The notes under the pieces are model-generated. The model did no database searches and had not been told where the DNA came from. It saw only the letters and a program-made list of their open reading frames with translations. From Moniliella sp. 'wahieum' (lineage: Eukaryota): 64,000 nucleotides of DNA. The stretch is from NCBI GenBank assembly GCA_003971905.1, contig RSEE01000107.1:62001-126000 (forward strand), in the 5' to 3' direction. Both the position numbers and the translations under genes were made by a program. Positions 38,666 to 49,807 of the stretch are shown here, piece by piece. Numbering within the stretch: the first letter of the stretch is position 1; each line of letters starts with the position of its first letter.

Positions 38666-39647
38666 GGAAAACGATCCCCCCCCCCCCCCCCCGAACTACT
38701 TTTTGGTCAAGGAGAGCGAAGCGAGAATCGGGGGGAGAGGGACCATGGTCGCCATCCTCCGTTTGTACGTATACTCGTTGTGATTGGACAGTTCGTCTCG
38801 CACCGCACGCCCATCGACCTTTTGTCCATCGCACAATGGAGGGGGGCGGTGCGACGAGTAGGTGTGGTACTGGTGTTACACCCGCGCCGGATTTCTGCTC
38901 CTCAACACACCATCATCTTCTACTTGTGTACCGCGTGTACCTTTTGTCCTTGTTACCGATCGGCTCCCAAAGTCCCCAAGTCAGTGCCAAAAAAGTTGTC
39001 TTTTCCTGGCGACCGTACAGTAACAGCGCGGGTGGGGCGTTGATGGGCCCCAGTAGCCCCAGTCCACACCTTTTCCTGTGTAATGGAGTGGCCTTACACC
39101 CCCTTTTCTCCCGGTCATGCATTTCGATAACTCGATGAATAATAGCGCCAGTGCGATGCCACTCGTGATCGATTTCTGCATTCTCCATTCCCCTCTACAC
39201 TATCCTTTCCTATATATTTTTTCAGTGCATTGATGCCATGCGGGGTGCTGGCTGGGGGTGTCCTAAAGAGGCAGGCAGCGTGGGTCGGCACCAAGGTACT
39301 AGCGAGTGCCCGGTTGCGCAGCCCAGACGACCACAGAGCCAACGCACAGCACCACATGTAGCAGTATGGCGGTGGGCCTAGAGACGGAGAAACCTCTTGT
39401 CAAACCCCTTCTCATCCTCCTGCCAATGGTTCACGTTGCTTGTCGGTTGTACACTTCTGCGCTGAACCCTCGCTTTCCCCCGGCCTCGTCCCAGCCTCGC
39501 CCCAACTCGCATGCCGCAAAGACAAGTACATTTTACGTTCCCTCCGCAAGGGGCAGGGCAGGAGAGGAGGAGGGGGGGAGGCCAACGCATCCAAACGGAA
39601 GCAGGCGGTCAGGGGAGGTCCGTGATGGGGAGGATGAGGTACCACCA

Positions 39648-40723
39648 TTAACTTCTACGCCAACAAGTGAGACGCGACGAGACCTCTGCCTGGCCACGGA
39701 CCAAATTGGCCAAGTAGGAGACCATCAGTACGTCCTGCAAGTGCGAGTTGAACAGTTGTTCCAACTGCGTCGTGGAGGTTGGTTGGGCCTCGTCGCCAGT
39801 GGCGGCGGCACCGCCAGCCGAACCAACGGGCACCTTGGCAATTGAGTCAAGGATGAACCGACCTACCACCGGGTCCCCCTCTTGCTCCCCTGCCACCACC
39901 GCGTGCACGTAGCTCAGCACACGACGCAGTTGCACCTGTACCTCGGTGAGGGAGGCAGCGAGCGCGTCCAGGTCCGACACGGGCGACCCGGTGCGGTTGG
40001 CCAACAAGGTGAATGCCGGCCGCTCCGAAGCGGCGTACGAGAGCGTCATGGGAATCGAGCTAAATGCGGCTGAGGAGGCCTTGTAGGTCAATCCAAAGAG
40101 AGGCGAGCTAAGGGGAAAGGGGAAGAAAAAAGAAAAAAAAAGTCAGTACGCAAGGTACCAGACATGGCACCTCGCCAAGTACAAAAAAACAAAGGGCGGA
40201 GGGACGGGGGGGGGGGATACATACGAGACCCAGGCTTTGACGCCCAAGTTGGCGTCCTTGAGATCCGTGTCGAGGGTGATATGGACCGCGTCAAAAGGGG
40301 CCGTCTCGCGATTGTAAAAGTCATGGATCAGGGCCGAGTGGGAGGTAAGGGTGGCGCCGCTGCCGGTAGCGTACCAGCCAACGACCTGCTCCGCCGGGTG
40401 GGCACGTAAGTGCAAGTCGAGCATTTGGCGATGGTACTCGACCTCGACCGAGACCTGGTCGGGCGAGACGGCGTGCGGGACAGCAAAGGCAGAGAGGACA
40501 TCGACCTCGCCGTCGGCGCGGGTGCCGAGCAGGGTACCAATCACCGAGTCGGGCACGGGCTCGTCCTCGTCGTCGGGTCGGGGCGGCGGAGGTGGTGGTC
40601 GAGGATGGTGAAGAGCGCGGCGGGATGCACACGCGCCCGCACAGGCGTGCGGCCCGACAGGCCGGTGGAGTCGGAGGGCGTGGCGAGCTGGAGGGCGTGG
40701 GGCGCAGCAGAGGCAAGCGACAT
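39648..40723 (-). CDS. EIF3F: eukaryotic translation initiation factor 3 subunit F (MPN-minus)
   Basis: VHPAALFTILDHHLRR, VIGTLLG, AFAVPH, VVGWYATG, SALIHDFY, intron 40108-40224, FNSHLQDVLMVSYLANL. Confidence 0.93.
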
Positions 40724-41039
40724 GGTGGGCGACCAGCGGACGCCGATGGGCCGTCGCCTTGGCCGGCCGCTGCTCCGCGTCCTGGGCAAAAATCTTCGGC
40801 ACGGGGCGGAATGGCCGCGGTGCACTTCCGCCGGGGGAATTGAACCGTTCATGTGCCGCGGCTGGGCGTCACGTGATGCGATGGGGCTACGACCAACCAC
40901 TGCAGCTGATCAAGCGGAGATGTCGGGGCAAGTGGTAGCCACGGAGACCGGCACCCATTCCCTTGTCCCTGTATATAGATGGCTGCGTACGTGTGCGCCA
41001 TGGTACCAGTACGAAACGATGTTCTTACGATCTTATCCA

Positions 41040-43406
41040 TTAGGGTAACCATCCCGCACCCCCTTCCTCACTTGGCCTTGGCGCGCGTACTACAGCCCCA
41101 CTCCCCCGCCGACGAGGGGGGGGAGGAACATGGCCCACGCGCGGGGGGGCACCACGTCTGAAGCAAGAGGAGGACCGGCACCACAACCTCACCACAACCT
41201 TCACCACCGTCGCCCTCGCCCTCGCAACCGGCGTCGCGGTAGATGGGGAGACGAAGGGGGACCGGGCCGGGACCGCGACCGGGACCGAGACCGCGATCGG
41301 GGCGCAAATCGACGCGCATGCGGCCACAGAGAGGACCTCGGGATTTGCGCAACCCACCGCGTCGCTTGGGGGCGACAGAAGAACGATGAGCATGCACATG
41401 TGCATGGGCCGAAACCGACGCTGAAACCGAAGCCGAAACCGAAGTAGACACGGAGGCGGACATGGAGGTTGACACGGAGTGGAGCCCGGTTCGGAGGGAG
41501 GCGGGGACGAGCCCAGTGGGGCGCCACTAGGACTGCCACGGTACGTTTGTGGACATGCTACGGTGGGGGCGCGGCGCAGCGGGGTGGAGCGAGGGGTGGA
41601 GGAGTAGGTTGGTGGCGGTGGTGTAGGTGGATGTGGAGGCAGGCGTGGGTGAGCAAGGGTAGAGGCCAAAGCAGAACCAGAACCAGAACCAGAAGCAGAG
41701 GCAGAGGTAAAGGTAGAAGTAGAGCGGACACCAACTACCACGCCTGACCAAGAGATGGAGCTAGACGAGCGCGAGGGGGAAGGCGAAGTCCGTGCGAGCT
41801 GGACAGGTACGTTGGGTACAGGCAGGTCACTGGGGGCGCCGTGGTGCATGATCCAGAGCCAGAGCCAGAACCCGAGCGGGAACGGGACCTAGACCCAGAC
41901 CCAGACCCAGACCCAGACCCAGACCCAGAAGGGGAAGGGGAACCGCGCAGATGAGGGCTGGAAGGTACGGATGAAGGCGAGGTGCAACGGATGGGGACCG
42001 GTGCAGGTGCAGGTGCTGATTCTGGAGGAAGTATGTGCATGTGCATGTGCATGTGTAGGGGTGGGGGTAGGGGTATGGGAAAGTCCAAGTCTGGGCCTAG
42101 CTGGGGCAAGGGGGGGGCGGAGTGGGCTCGAGTGTGGGGGAGCGGTGGGGCGGATGGAGGGTGGGGAGGGCGGAGGTCGAGGGACGAGGGGGAGAAGAAG
42201 GCGCAGGGGTGGAGGTAGGCCTAGGGGAAGCCTAGGGGTAGGGGTAGGAGGCACAAAAGGTGATCCAAGCCACGGGGATGAAACGCCGGCTTGAACACCC
42301 ACGTTGGTGGGCTGGTGGGGATAGGTTGCTGTTCCGCTTGAGCGGCCAGGGCCGCATGGACAAAAGCAGGACTAGCGCCCAATGTCACATGGCACTTCAT
42401 CGCGCGCTTTTTGATCCTGTCGCAAGAAGGGTGGGAGAGAAAGACAGGGTTGGGGTGGGGTACGAGTCCACCTGGGACCTCCCCGTACCCGTACCTGTAC
42501 CCATCGACACATCCTCCTCTTCCTCTTCCATGCCCGTATCGTGTTCAACTAAAAAAGCCAAAAAGCGGCGCTCGATCAGTTTGAGTCGGTCTTGGGTCCA
42601 GCTCTCGCCTTTGGCCTGCAGGGGTGGCTTGGGCTTGACGGCCAATCCGGACCCAAGCCCGACCCCAAGCCCGACCCAAGCCCGACCCCAAGCCGCTGGA
42701 CTTGGACTTGGACTTGGACTTGGCAGACGCCGAGCGGGCCGGGGTCAAGTCGGAAGCACAATGGTGATGCCAAACAGTTGTTTGGGGAACAGCAGTCCCG
42801 GTCCAAACAGAAACGCAATGTCGACTTGTTGCTCGTCGGGGCAGGCGCGCAGTCCGGCCTCAAACGCGGTCGCCAAGGTGGATTCGAGCAAATCCAACGT
42901 TTCCAGAAGCTGAAACAAACCAAACCAAACCAAACCAAACCAAACGGCACGTTGCGTACAGTCAGTCAGCACGGAGGAAGAGGAAGAGGAAGAGGAAAAG
43001 AACATAGGAAGAGAAAGGGGGGGACTCGCTTTCGATGCAAAAAAGGGGGAAGGGACAAAATCCAACGTACCTCCTTGCGCAACACATGTTTGCCCTTGCC
43101 TGCTCGTGCGCCCGGGCGGGCCAGGGGGCGGGCGACAGAGACCGGGACGGAGGCTGGGACGGGGTCGGGGTCGGGGGGAGGGTGGGATTGGGACGAGGGG
43201 GAGAGGAGCGAGTGGCGCGTGCTTGTGCGCGGCGCAAGGCATGTACCGGCGCACCGAGCTGGGACTTGGCATAGAGCGCGTGGGCGGCAGCGGCGGTGAC
43301 TAGGCGTGCTACCGCGGTGGCTTGTGGGCTGGCGCAGGCGCAGACGATGGGTCGGCGGTAGGGTGCGCTCGGCGGGGAAAGGTGGGTAGAAGGTCGGGAC
43401 GGACAT
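41040..43406 (-). CDS. p31comet/MAD2L1BP-like HORMA-fold protein with long low-complexity insertions
   Basis: Stitched motifs in order: HALYAKSQLGAPVHAL; intron ~42910-43070; LLETLDLLESTLATAF; IAFLFGPGLLFPKQLFGI; KLIERRFLAFL; KCHVTLGA; WVFKPAF. The order resembles p31comet. The 3' end is uncertain. Confidence 0.6.
41850..41927 (+). repeat. (GACCCA/GAGCCA)n hexamer microsatellite
   Basis: Directly visible tandem hexamers; reads (SG)n in one minus-strand frame. Confidence 0.85.
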
Positions 43407-44497
43407 GGCAGGCAGCACAGCAGGCAGCACGGCGGGGAGTACGGTGGCGAGTACGGTGGCGCGGGTGGTGGATGGTGCGATGGGGATGGGGACCAAGGAG
43501 GGAAAGGAGGAAGGAGGAAAGCGAAGCACGAGCGCGGGTCGCTGGGCCGTGCGTGGGCAGGGGAAGGATCAAGCTCCAGGTGGACGGTGGAGACGCCAAG
43601 CGGTCGCCCGCTTCACTGCTGTTGGACTCGGCCGGCCGACTCGGCTGGAACAAAACGCCAACAGCAACTCGTGTGCGCTCCGCACGGGGTCACGTGGCCA
43701 ACATTCGTGTCCGCCCCTAGTCACGTGCCCTGGCCAACCGGATCGTGCCCCGCCATCGATATTCGATTAGTCACGAGGCGGTGGCGAATATCATGTATGG
43801 GGAATCGATATGCCCTCGGGCGCTGGATTGGAACAGGTGTCGCAGCGGGCAGCGCCAAGGCCACACATCTGAGCCTCAGCATACCGCCTCAGAAGAGGCG
43901 ATTGGGAGTAGGTCCAGGGAGTTCATGTTCATCGCACACAGCTCAGCCTGAGCTCACATCACAGCACAGCCGTTCAGTACGTTCCTAGCTCACACCTCGC
44001 AGGTCATATGTAGCTCACATATGTCGTCTGCCACTCGCTCCTCCGTATATACCCTCTCTCATGGCGGCTACATCCCCGTTTCAATTGGAAGCAGATGGAG
44101 ATGGCGGGAGGAACATTGTGAAGCGCTGGCGTCTGGCCCAATACGCCGTATGCTTTGGGGTCCGTTGCTCCAGGACCAGGAGGGGTCTTTCACTTTAACT
44201 CAATACAGGCGAGGCTCTCCCTCGCTCAGCCCGCAGGAGGCCTCGCCGGAACCGGTACTCCACTTGCAGGGCAAAAAACATAGCAGTAGCATACCAAGGT
44301 TGGAACCATCCTATAGTAAGTCCAGGGAAGCATGTGCGATCCGAGCAACAAATGAAAAGAAGAAAAGATCCGTGGCAAGAGTACAATTGAGGGGCGAAAC
44401 AAGAAAAAGAAAGATCGGGACAGTACAGGGAGACACAGATCGAGGTGAACCAACTGAGCCGACCCATCATGCGGGTCATGTAAGGCAGTGCAGCAGG

Positions 44498-45914
44498 CTA
44501 GAAGAGCCCTGCCGTTGCGATAGGGGCCAAGACCAAGACGGTGAGAAGTAGGGAGAGCAAGAGAGGGGTGAGGCGGCTGCCGCACTGGAATGAAGTTGAG
44601 TTGGGTCCGAGGGGGAGGAGGAGGAGAAGGAGAAGGATTGGTCTGGGTCGTCCCTCCTGCCGGCTGGGGGGAAACAGGCGAGCTGGAACTGGTGGTGTTG
44701 GGGGATGAGCTCCATCCTACGGGACGCCATCCAGTAGGGAGCGTGGAGGAGGAGAAGAGGGCGGCGCGACCTTCGTCGGAGCCAAAAACCAAGTTAGGAT
44801 CGTGATCCGCCTGTTCAATGACAATCAACCGATGTGCAATGGTATGGTGCGTGACGTTGCTCCAATCGGGCAAGGCGGGGTACGTAGCATTGAAACCGGT
44901 CATGTCAAAGTCGGTCCGGGCCAGGGTATTGATGTACTTCCAATAGGCCAAGTTACGATCCCGACGTTTGTTCCCGCCTTGCAGCTTGGCCATGCAGTAC
45001 TGGTCCCTGACGCATCCACATCCTGGTACCCAATCATGGAGACCACATCGCGGCGAGTGTACTGGGCAAAGTACTCAATCGGCGTCTTGTGCCCCGGGGC
45101 ATACGTCCGTCAAGTTGGTAAAGCCGTAGCGCCAATAATCAAACCAAGGGCAACTGGTCTTGTTGGCGATCGAAGGGTCGACGCCGGACGGTCTTGGGTA
45201 AAGTACAAACTGGAAGAAGGATCTCCATAAATGTACCTGACATGAACGTCCGAAGGCGGGTCGTTACCCACGACAGCGTAGCGCTGCATCAGCTGGCCGC
45301 CGCCACCATGGCCTACCAGCGTGACATTTTTCATCGCAGGGTACTTGGTCTTGTTGCTGAATTCAGTGACAAACGCATCCAGTCATCGAAGGCCGACGAC
45401 GCGGTTCCCTGTGGGTGCGTAGCGATTTCTCCAGCTTGCCACGCGTTGACGTCGGCCCAGGCAAGCTCATTCTTGGCATACTCACCGGAATTGAAAATGG
45501 TAGAGTAGTACTGAGGCGCAGTGACGATCGAGTGGGGGCTCGCACCAGGGTAACTGGCATTGATCGCGCTCACCAGCGCATTCTCCATCGTCGCCAGTAC
45601 TGGTTGCCATTGCGAATGCGGCCGTGGATCATGACAAAGGCCTGCTGGGCAAGCTGGTTGGAGGAGCGCGTGGACCAAAAGGCGGCAATTTGGTCGCCCG
45701 ACGTGCCAACGGGAAGAGAGGTGAGAACGGATCCGGCGGGGACAGATACGGGGTTGTGATCTTCGCCCTCATTACTGGTGCCGCCCGACATGACGGTGGA
45801 TGCATCGCGGGCGGCCAAGTGAGTGTGGGGTGAGGTATGAGCAGGGGACGCGGTGGTTACCAGCGTGCCGAGGGCAAGGACGGCTGCTAGGGGTCGCAGG
45901 ACGGAGGGACGCAT
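44498..45914 (-). CDS. secreted, possibly GPI-anchored alpha/beta-hydrolase-like protein
   Basis: Signal peptide MRPSVLRPLAAVLALGTLVTTA; FVMIHG, IVTAPQY, TLVGHGGGGQLMQRYA elbow motif, GDPSS, late His (QADHD), Ser/Pro-rich linker and hydrophobic C-terminus. Confidence 0.72.
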
Positions 45915-47897
45915 TGCGAGAGGGCGCCACGGCGTAGATGGAGGGGTGGGAGGGAGGAGAGGAAACGCGCGGAACGGTGGAGAGAGGAGAGCAGATGGGA
46001 GCGGAGGAGGTGGCGATGGGGATGGGGATGGGGATGGGGATGGGGACGGAGAGGAAACGGGCGGGGCGGGGCGGATGAGGCAGTGGCAAACAGGTGGGAG
46101 CTTGGAGCTGGATGCTGAATGCTGTTACCTGCAGCAAGCAATATGTATGTTTGGTCCGACGGCATGGCGAGGGTGCAAGCAAAGCACGCACGGGGTGAGT
46201 GTGCCCCTTGCGTCGGGCATGTGCTGCAGGGGCCGAGTGGGTGGTGCTGGGTCCTGGGTAGTGGATGCCGAGGACCCGAGTACGTTGAGCGCTATAGCAC
46301 CGTACATACAGAGTGCTCCTCACGTCCTGAGCACATGAGCGCTCAGGCTGAGCGCCGATCCCAAGAGCAATGCGGTCTGCTGCGCTAGTGCCGGCCAGTG
46401 CAGCCACACTCGCGTACCACTGCCTATCGGAGGGACAGGCACTGGCAGGCACTGGCGGGCACTGGCAGGCACAAGCGCTGCACCAGTGCTGCGCCACGCT
46501 CCCTGGCCGCGGGCCGCCCACTCAACCGTTCAACCCCGGCGGTAGTGGCTCCCGGCGGACACGGGCAGGATGCAAGTGCATGATAAGGTCGCGCAGACAT
46601 GGTGTCCGGTGGAGTGGAGCAGGGTGTCCCAAGCCGATCACATCATTCCCGCTCAGACCCAGTGCCCCATCATAAACCAATCGTGCTTTCCAATTCCATT
46701 GTTCAGTCCATCTATCCACCCGGTCCCTAACGCGGAACTCTTACTTGGCTTTGCTGTCACATGTCAGTACATACGCCCCATCCACGTCGCCCGCACCCGC
46801 TGGCGTGCCTCCTGGCGCCTCCGTTGGTGTTACGACAACCAACCACATTCTGTCACACAGCCCACTCCGTCGTCGGTACCCCGCCCTTGCCTCCCCCCGC
46901 CATGCACCCAACGCCCAACACCAAACGCCACCCGAAGCCAGAAGCCAAAATTATGCCGCCAACTCATCAGTCTCGCCAGGGGCTCTTCAAGCTTCAAACT
47001 TCAAGAGCTTCAAGCTTCAAGCTCCAAGCTTTCACCTCTCCTCGGAGCTCCCTGGCCCTCTCACAAGAGTCTGAGACCTGCGCCTCAGGCCTCCGGGCGA
47101 GTCGCAGCCTAAATAGGATCGGCGCCGCGGGGCGTACCAGGAGACACCAGGACGTATGTACCTGCTCCTGATCCTTGAGCCGCTCAGGCTGGGCGCTGAC
47201 CTACCGTCTTCCGTGTACATTGCATTGTTTCTCCCATTCCCCGATGCCCCTTCTAATTTCCAAACGCTTCCCTTTCCGATACTCGATACACCCTCCCTTG
47301 CCACTAGCCACTTCTCAACCTCAGTGCAACCACGTGTCTGGTCCATCTCCAGGCTCGTCCTGAGTATGTAGGCAGCAAAACACTCAAACGCCCGGTCTGC
47401 TGGCTCTCTCGTGACGCGTGAGGCGTGAGCAGAGCCCTACCCATATACGCCTCACACATTCCCCTCCCCGAAAAAAGGGAGGGAGGTGTGGATGGGTTCG
47501 TGCTTGGTGCATGGGGAGGAGAGCAGAGCAAAGGCAAGGTACCAAACCCAGCGACGCAATCAAAGAGAGGAAAGTGTGATTAAAATGTGATGAATGATCG
47601 TGTCGATTGGGCAAAACGTGCAACGACGCGGTTACTAATAAGCGTGCATTTCGAAATGGGTAAGTCCAACCCCCAGGTGGGCCGATGCTGGCGTTCCGCC
47701 CACTTTCATCCTCTTCCGCCCTTGGCTGGGCTTCGCTGGTGCGTTGCTTCGTCTTGCCCCACCCTGGGCCGACGAGGGCGTTGGAGCTTGGACCAAGCCG
47801 CGTGTTGCCCATCGTCTGCTCCCCCTTTGCCTTCCGCTCTCTGCTCTCCACTCTCCGCTCTCCGCTCTCCTTCACTTTCTGCGTCGCCAATCTGACC

Positions 47898-48425
47898 ATG
47901 CCAAAGCGCGAAAACGTGCTGAGCAACTTGGAGGAGGAAGACTTGCTCAAGGCCGTGCGGGAAGCTGCGTTGCGCGTGTGCGATCCTGTGGTGCGTGAGT
48001 TTGCCCAGTGCTCCCAAGGTCGCACCGTCACCTCGTCCTGGGCCTGCTCCAAGCAGTGGAAGCAGTGTAAAGGAATGCGTTGCTACGTAGTACGTGTCAT
48101 CGGACCTCGTTGTCCTGCTCCTTCTCTTCCTCCTCCCCCCCGCTCTTCCCAGTTGCCGTCGTCATGTGTGCTTTGTTCCCTCCATTGTGGAGAGTGCACA
48201 AGTGGTATGGCAAGCGTGCTGACCCCCCTGTCTCTCCTCTTCTCCTTCTCTCCCTTCTTTCCTTCTTCCCTTTTCCCTTCTCCCTCCTTCCCTCTTCTCC
48301 CACTTTGCCTGTTTCCCTTTTCGCCCTTGCTGCCTGCCCCGGCCTGCACCAGCAACAACGACGAGACGCGCGAAAAGATCCGCAAAGCGATCATTGCTCG
48401 GGAACAGGGCATCTCATCCGAGTAA
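47898..48425 (+). CDS. CMC1: twin CX9C mitochondrial COX assembly protein Cmc1-like
   Basis: LSNLEEEDLLK..CDPVVREFAQC(S)QGRTVT..WAC..C, with an intron near 48090-48351. A possible upstream ATG-G|GTAAGT micro-exon lies near 47657. Confidence 0.8.
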   Translation: MPKRENVLSNLEEEDLLKAVREAALRVCDPVVREFAQCSQGRTVTSSWACSKQWKQCKGMRCYVVRVIGPRCPAPSLPPPPRSSQLPSSCVLCSLHCGECTSGMASVLTPLSLLFSFSPFFPSSLFPSPSFPLLPLCLFPFSPLLPAPACTSNNDETREKIRKAIIAREQGISSE

Positions 48426-48757
48426 CCGGTTCCCGCACTCGACGGCGAAACGCGTGAGCGCATGGCGTCTTGACCTTGCGTCTTGACCTTGCGTCTTCAC
48501 CTTGCGTCTTGATTTTGGTCTTGACCTGACCTTGGGACTTGACTTACTGGTCTTGACTTTTGGTCTTGGCCTGGGTCTCAGTGCTTGCTGTTGTGCGCCT
48601 TGTGTGTCCGGCTCGATTCTCGATTCGAGCCAAGGAGGATGATCGATGACCGAGTATGCCCATTCGGCACCTTTTGTGCTGCGTGTTGGGCTGGGTGTAG
48701 GAGGTGGGCAGAGGTAGAGGTAGAGGTGTCAGTCCATGTACCGATCCCGATTTAAGA

Positions 48758-48969
48758 TTCACCCTCAGTGAGTACTATCGTAACTTGGTGAAGACAGAGT
48801 ACCAAGTGCTGGGTGAAGAACAAGTGCTGCAGATGTTAGGTCTGATCGATCTGATGTCTACTGGCAGCCTTAAGTTAGTTGGTCGCATGGATTCCTCACT
48901 GTTCTCCTCTCCGAGTCTTAGTTGTGACAAGTGCGTGCGAGTGGTCCTCAACCAGGACTGAGGACATTG
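48758..48969 (+). ncRNA. candidate box H/ACA snoRNA
   Basis: Hairpin 48758-48817 (TTCACCC/GGGTGAA; ACTTGGT/ACCAAGT), ANANNA H box AGAACA 48817-48822, hairpin 48826-48868, third hairpin ~48869-48963, ACA at 48964. Confidence 0.45.
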
Positions 48970-49807
48970 AATATGATTGAGTACTGAGTTGAGTTCCGAG
49001 TTCAATAGGATCGCCGAGCGCCCTCATGCATCATGCATCATGCATAATCGAAGAACAAGGAGCCATATTCAACTTGTATACAGAGGGGTCTCGGACCTAT
49101 TGTCAACCACCGAGACGCAACATAACCGTCACCATAACCGCCAACGGGGGAGAGGGCGAAGAGGAGGGGGGGGGGAGGATTCCCGATGGCCCGCCGTGGT
49201 CTTCGTATCCCCAGCGGTGCGGGATCTGTCGGGCGCTGTGGGGGGTTGCCGAGGGGCTGGGACCCGGTTTGCGAGCGACATGCATGGACAGACGGCAGAC
49301 ACGACATACCCGAACACGCAACAAAGAACAAGTCGTACTACAGGAACGAAGAACAAAGAACAAAGAACCAGGATTACGGAATACGGAATGGGACGAAGAG
49401 CATTAACACGCATATACGCACATGATGGGGGAGAGCGTGGGGAGGACAGGGGACGATACGAGGGAGAGGTGGAACGAGACGACCCGGGGGTTTAGGTGGA
49501 GGTAGGGAAGAGGGAAATTGAACAACTGGAGATATAAAGGTAGCGAGAGACGACCCAACCGGTAACCCTTCCTTTTACTACCCAACGGCAAACGGTAACC
49601 CATAATAAGCCGATGCAGAGGTAGTAAGGGAAAGGAAGGTAGGGTAAGGTAAGAAAGAGCAAGGGGACGAGACGATCAATTTGTTGAGACGGTAGCCCGG
49701 ACCAGACCAGACCAGACGACCTGGAGAGGCGGAGGAGATTGTTTCTTCAGTTGCAGGTTGCAGCTTATTTGCAGCTTGTCCGCGAGATCTAGCTGGCGCC
49801 TTGCACC

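Noticed and set aside
47585..47660. RTGATGA box suggesting a C/D snoRNA upstream of CMC1
   Set aside because: No D box at a suitable distance and no rRNA-complementary guide that I can recognise.
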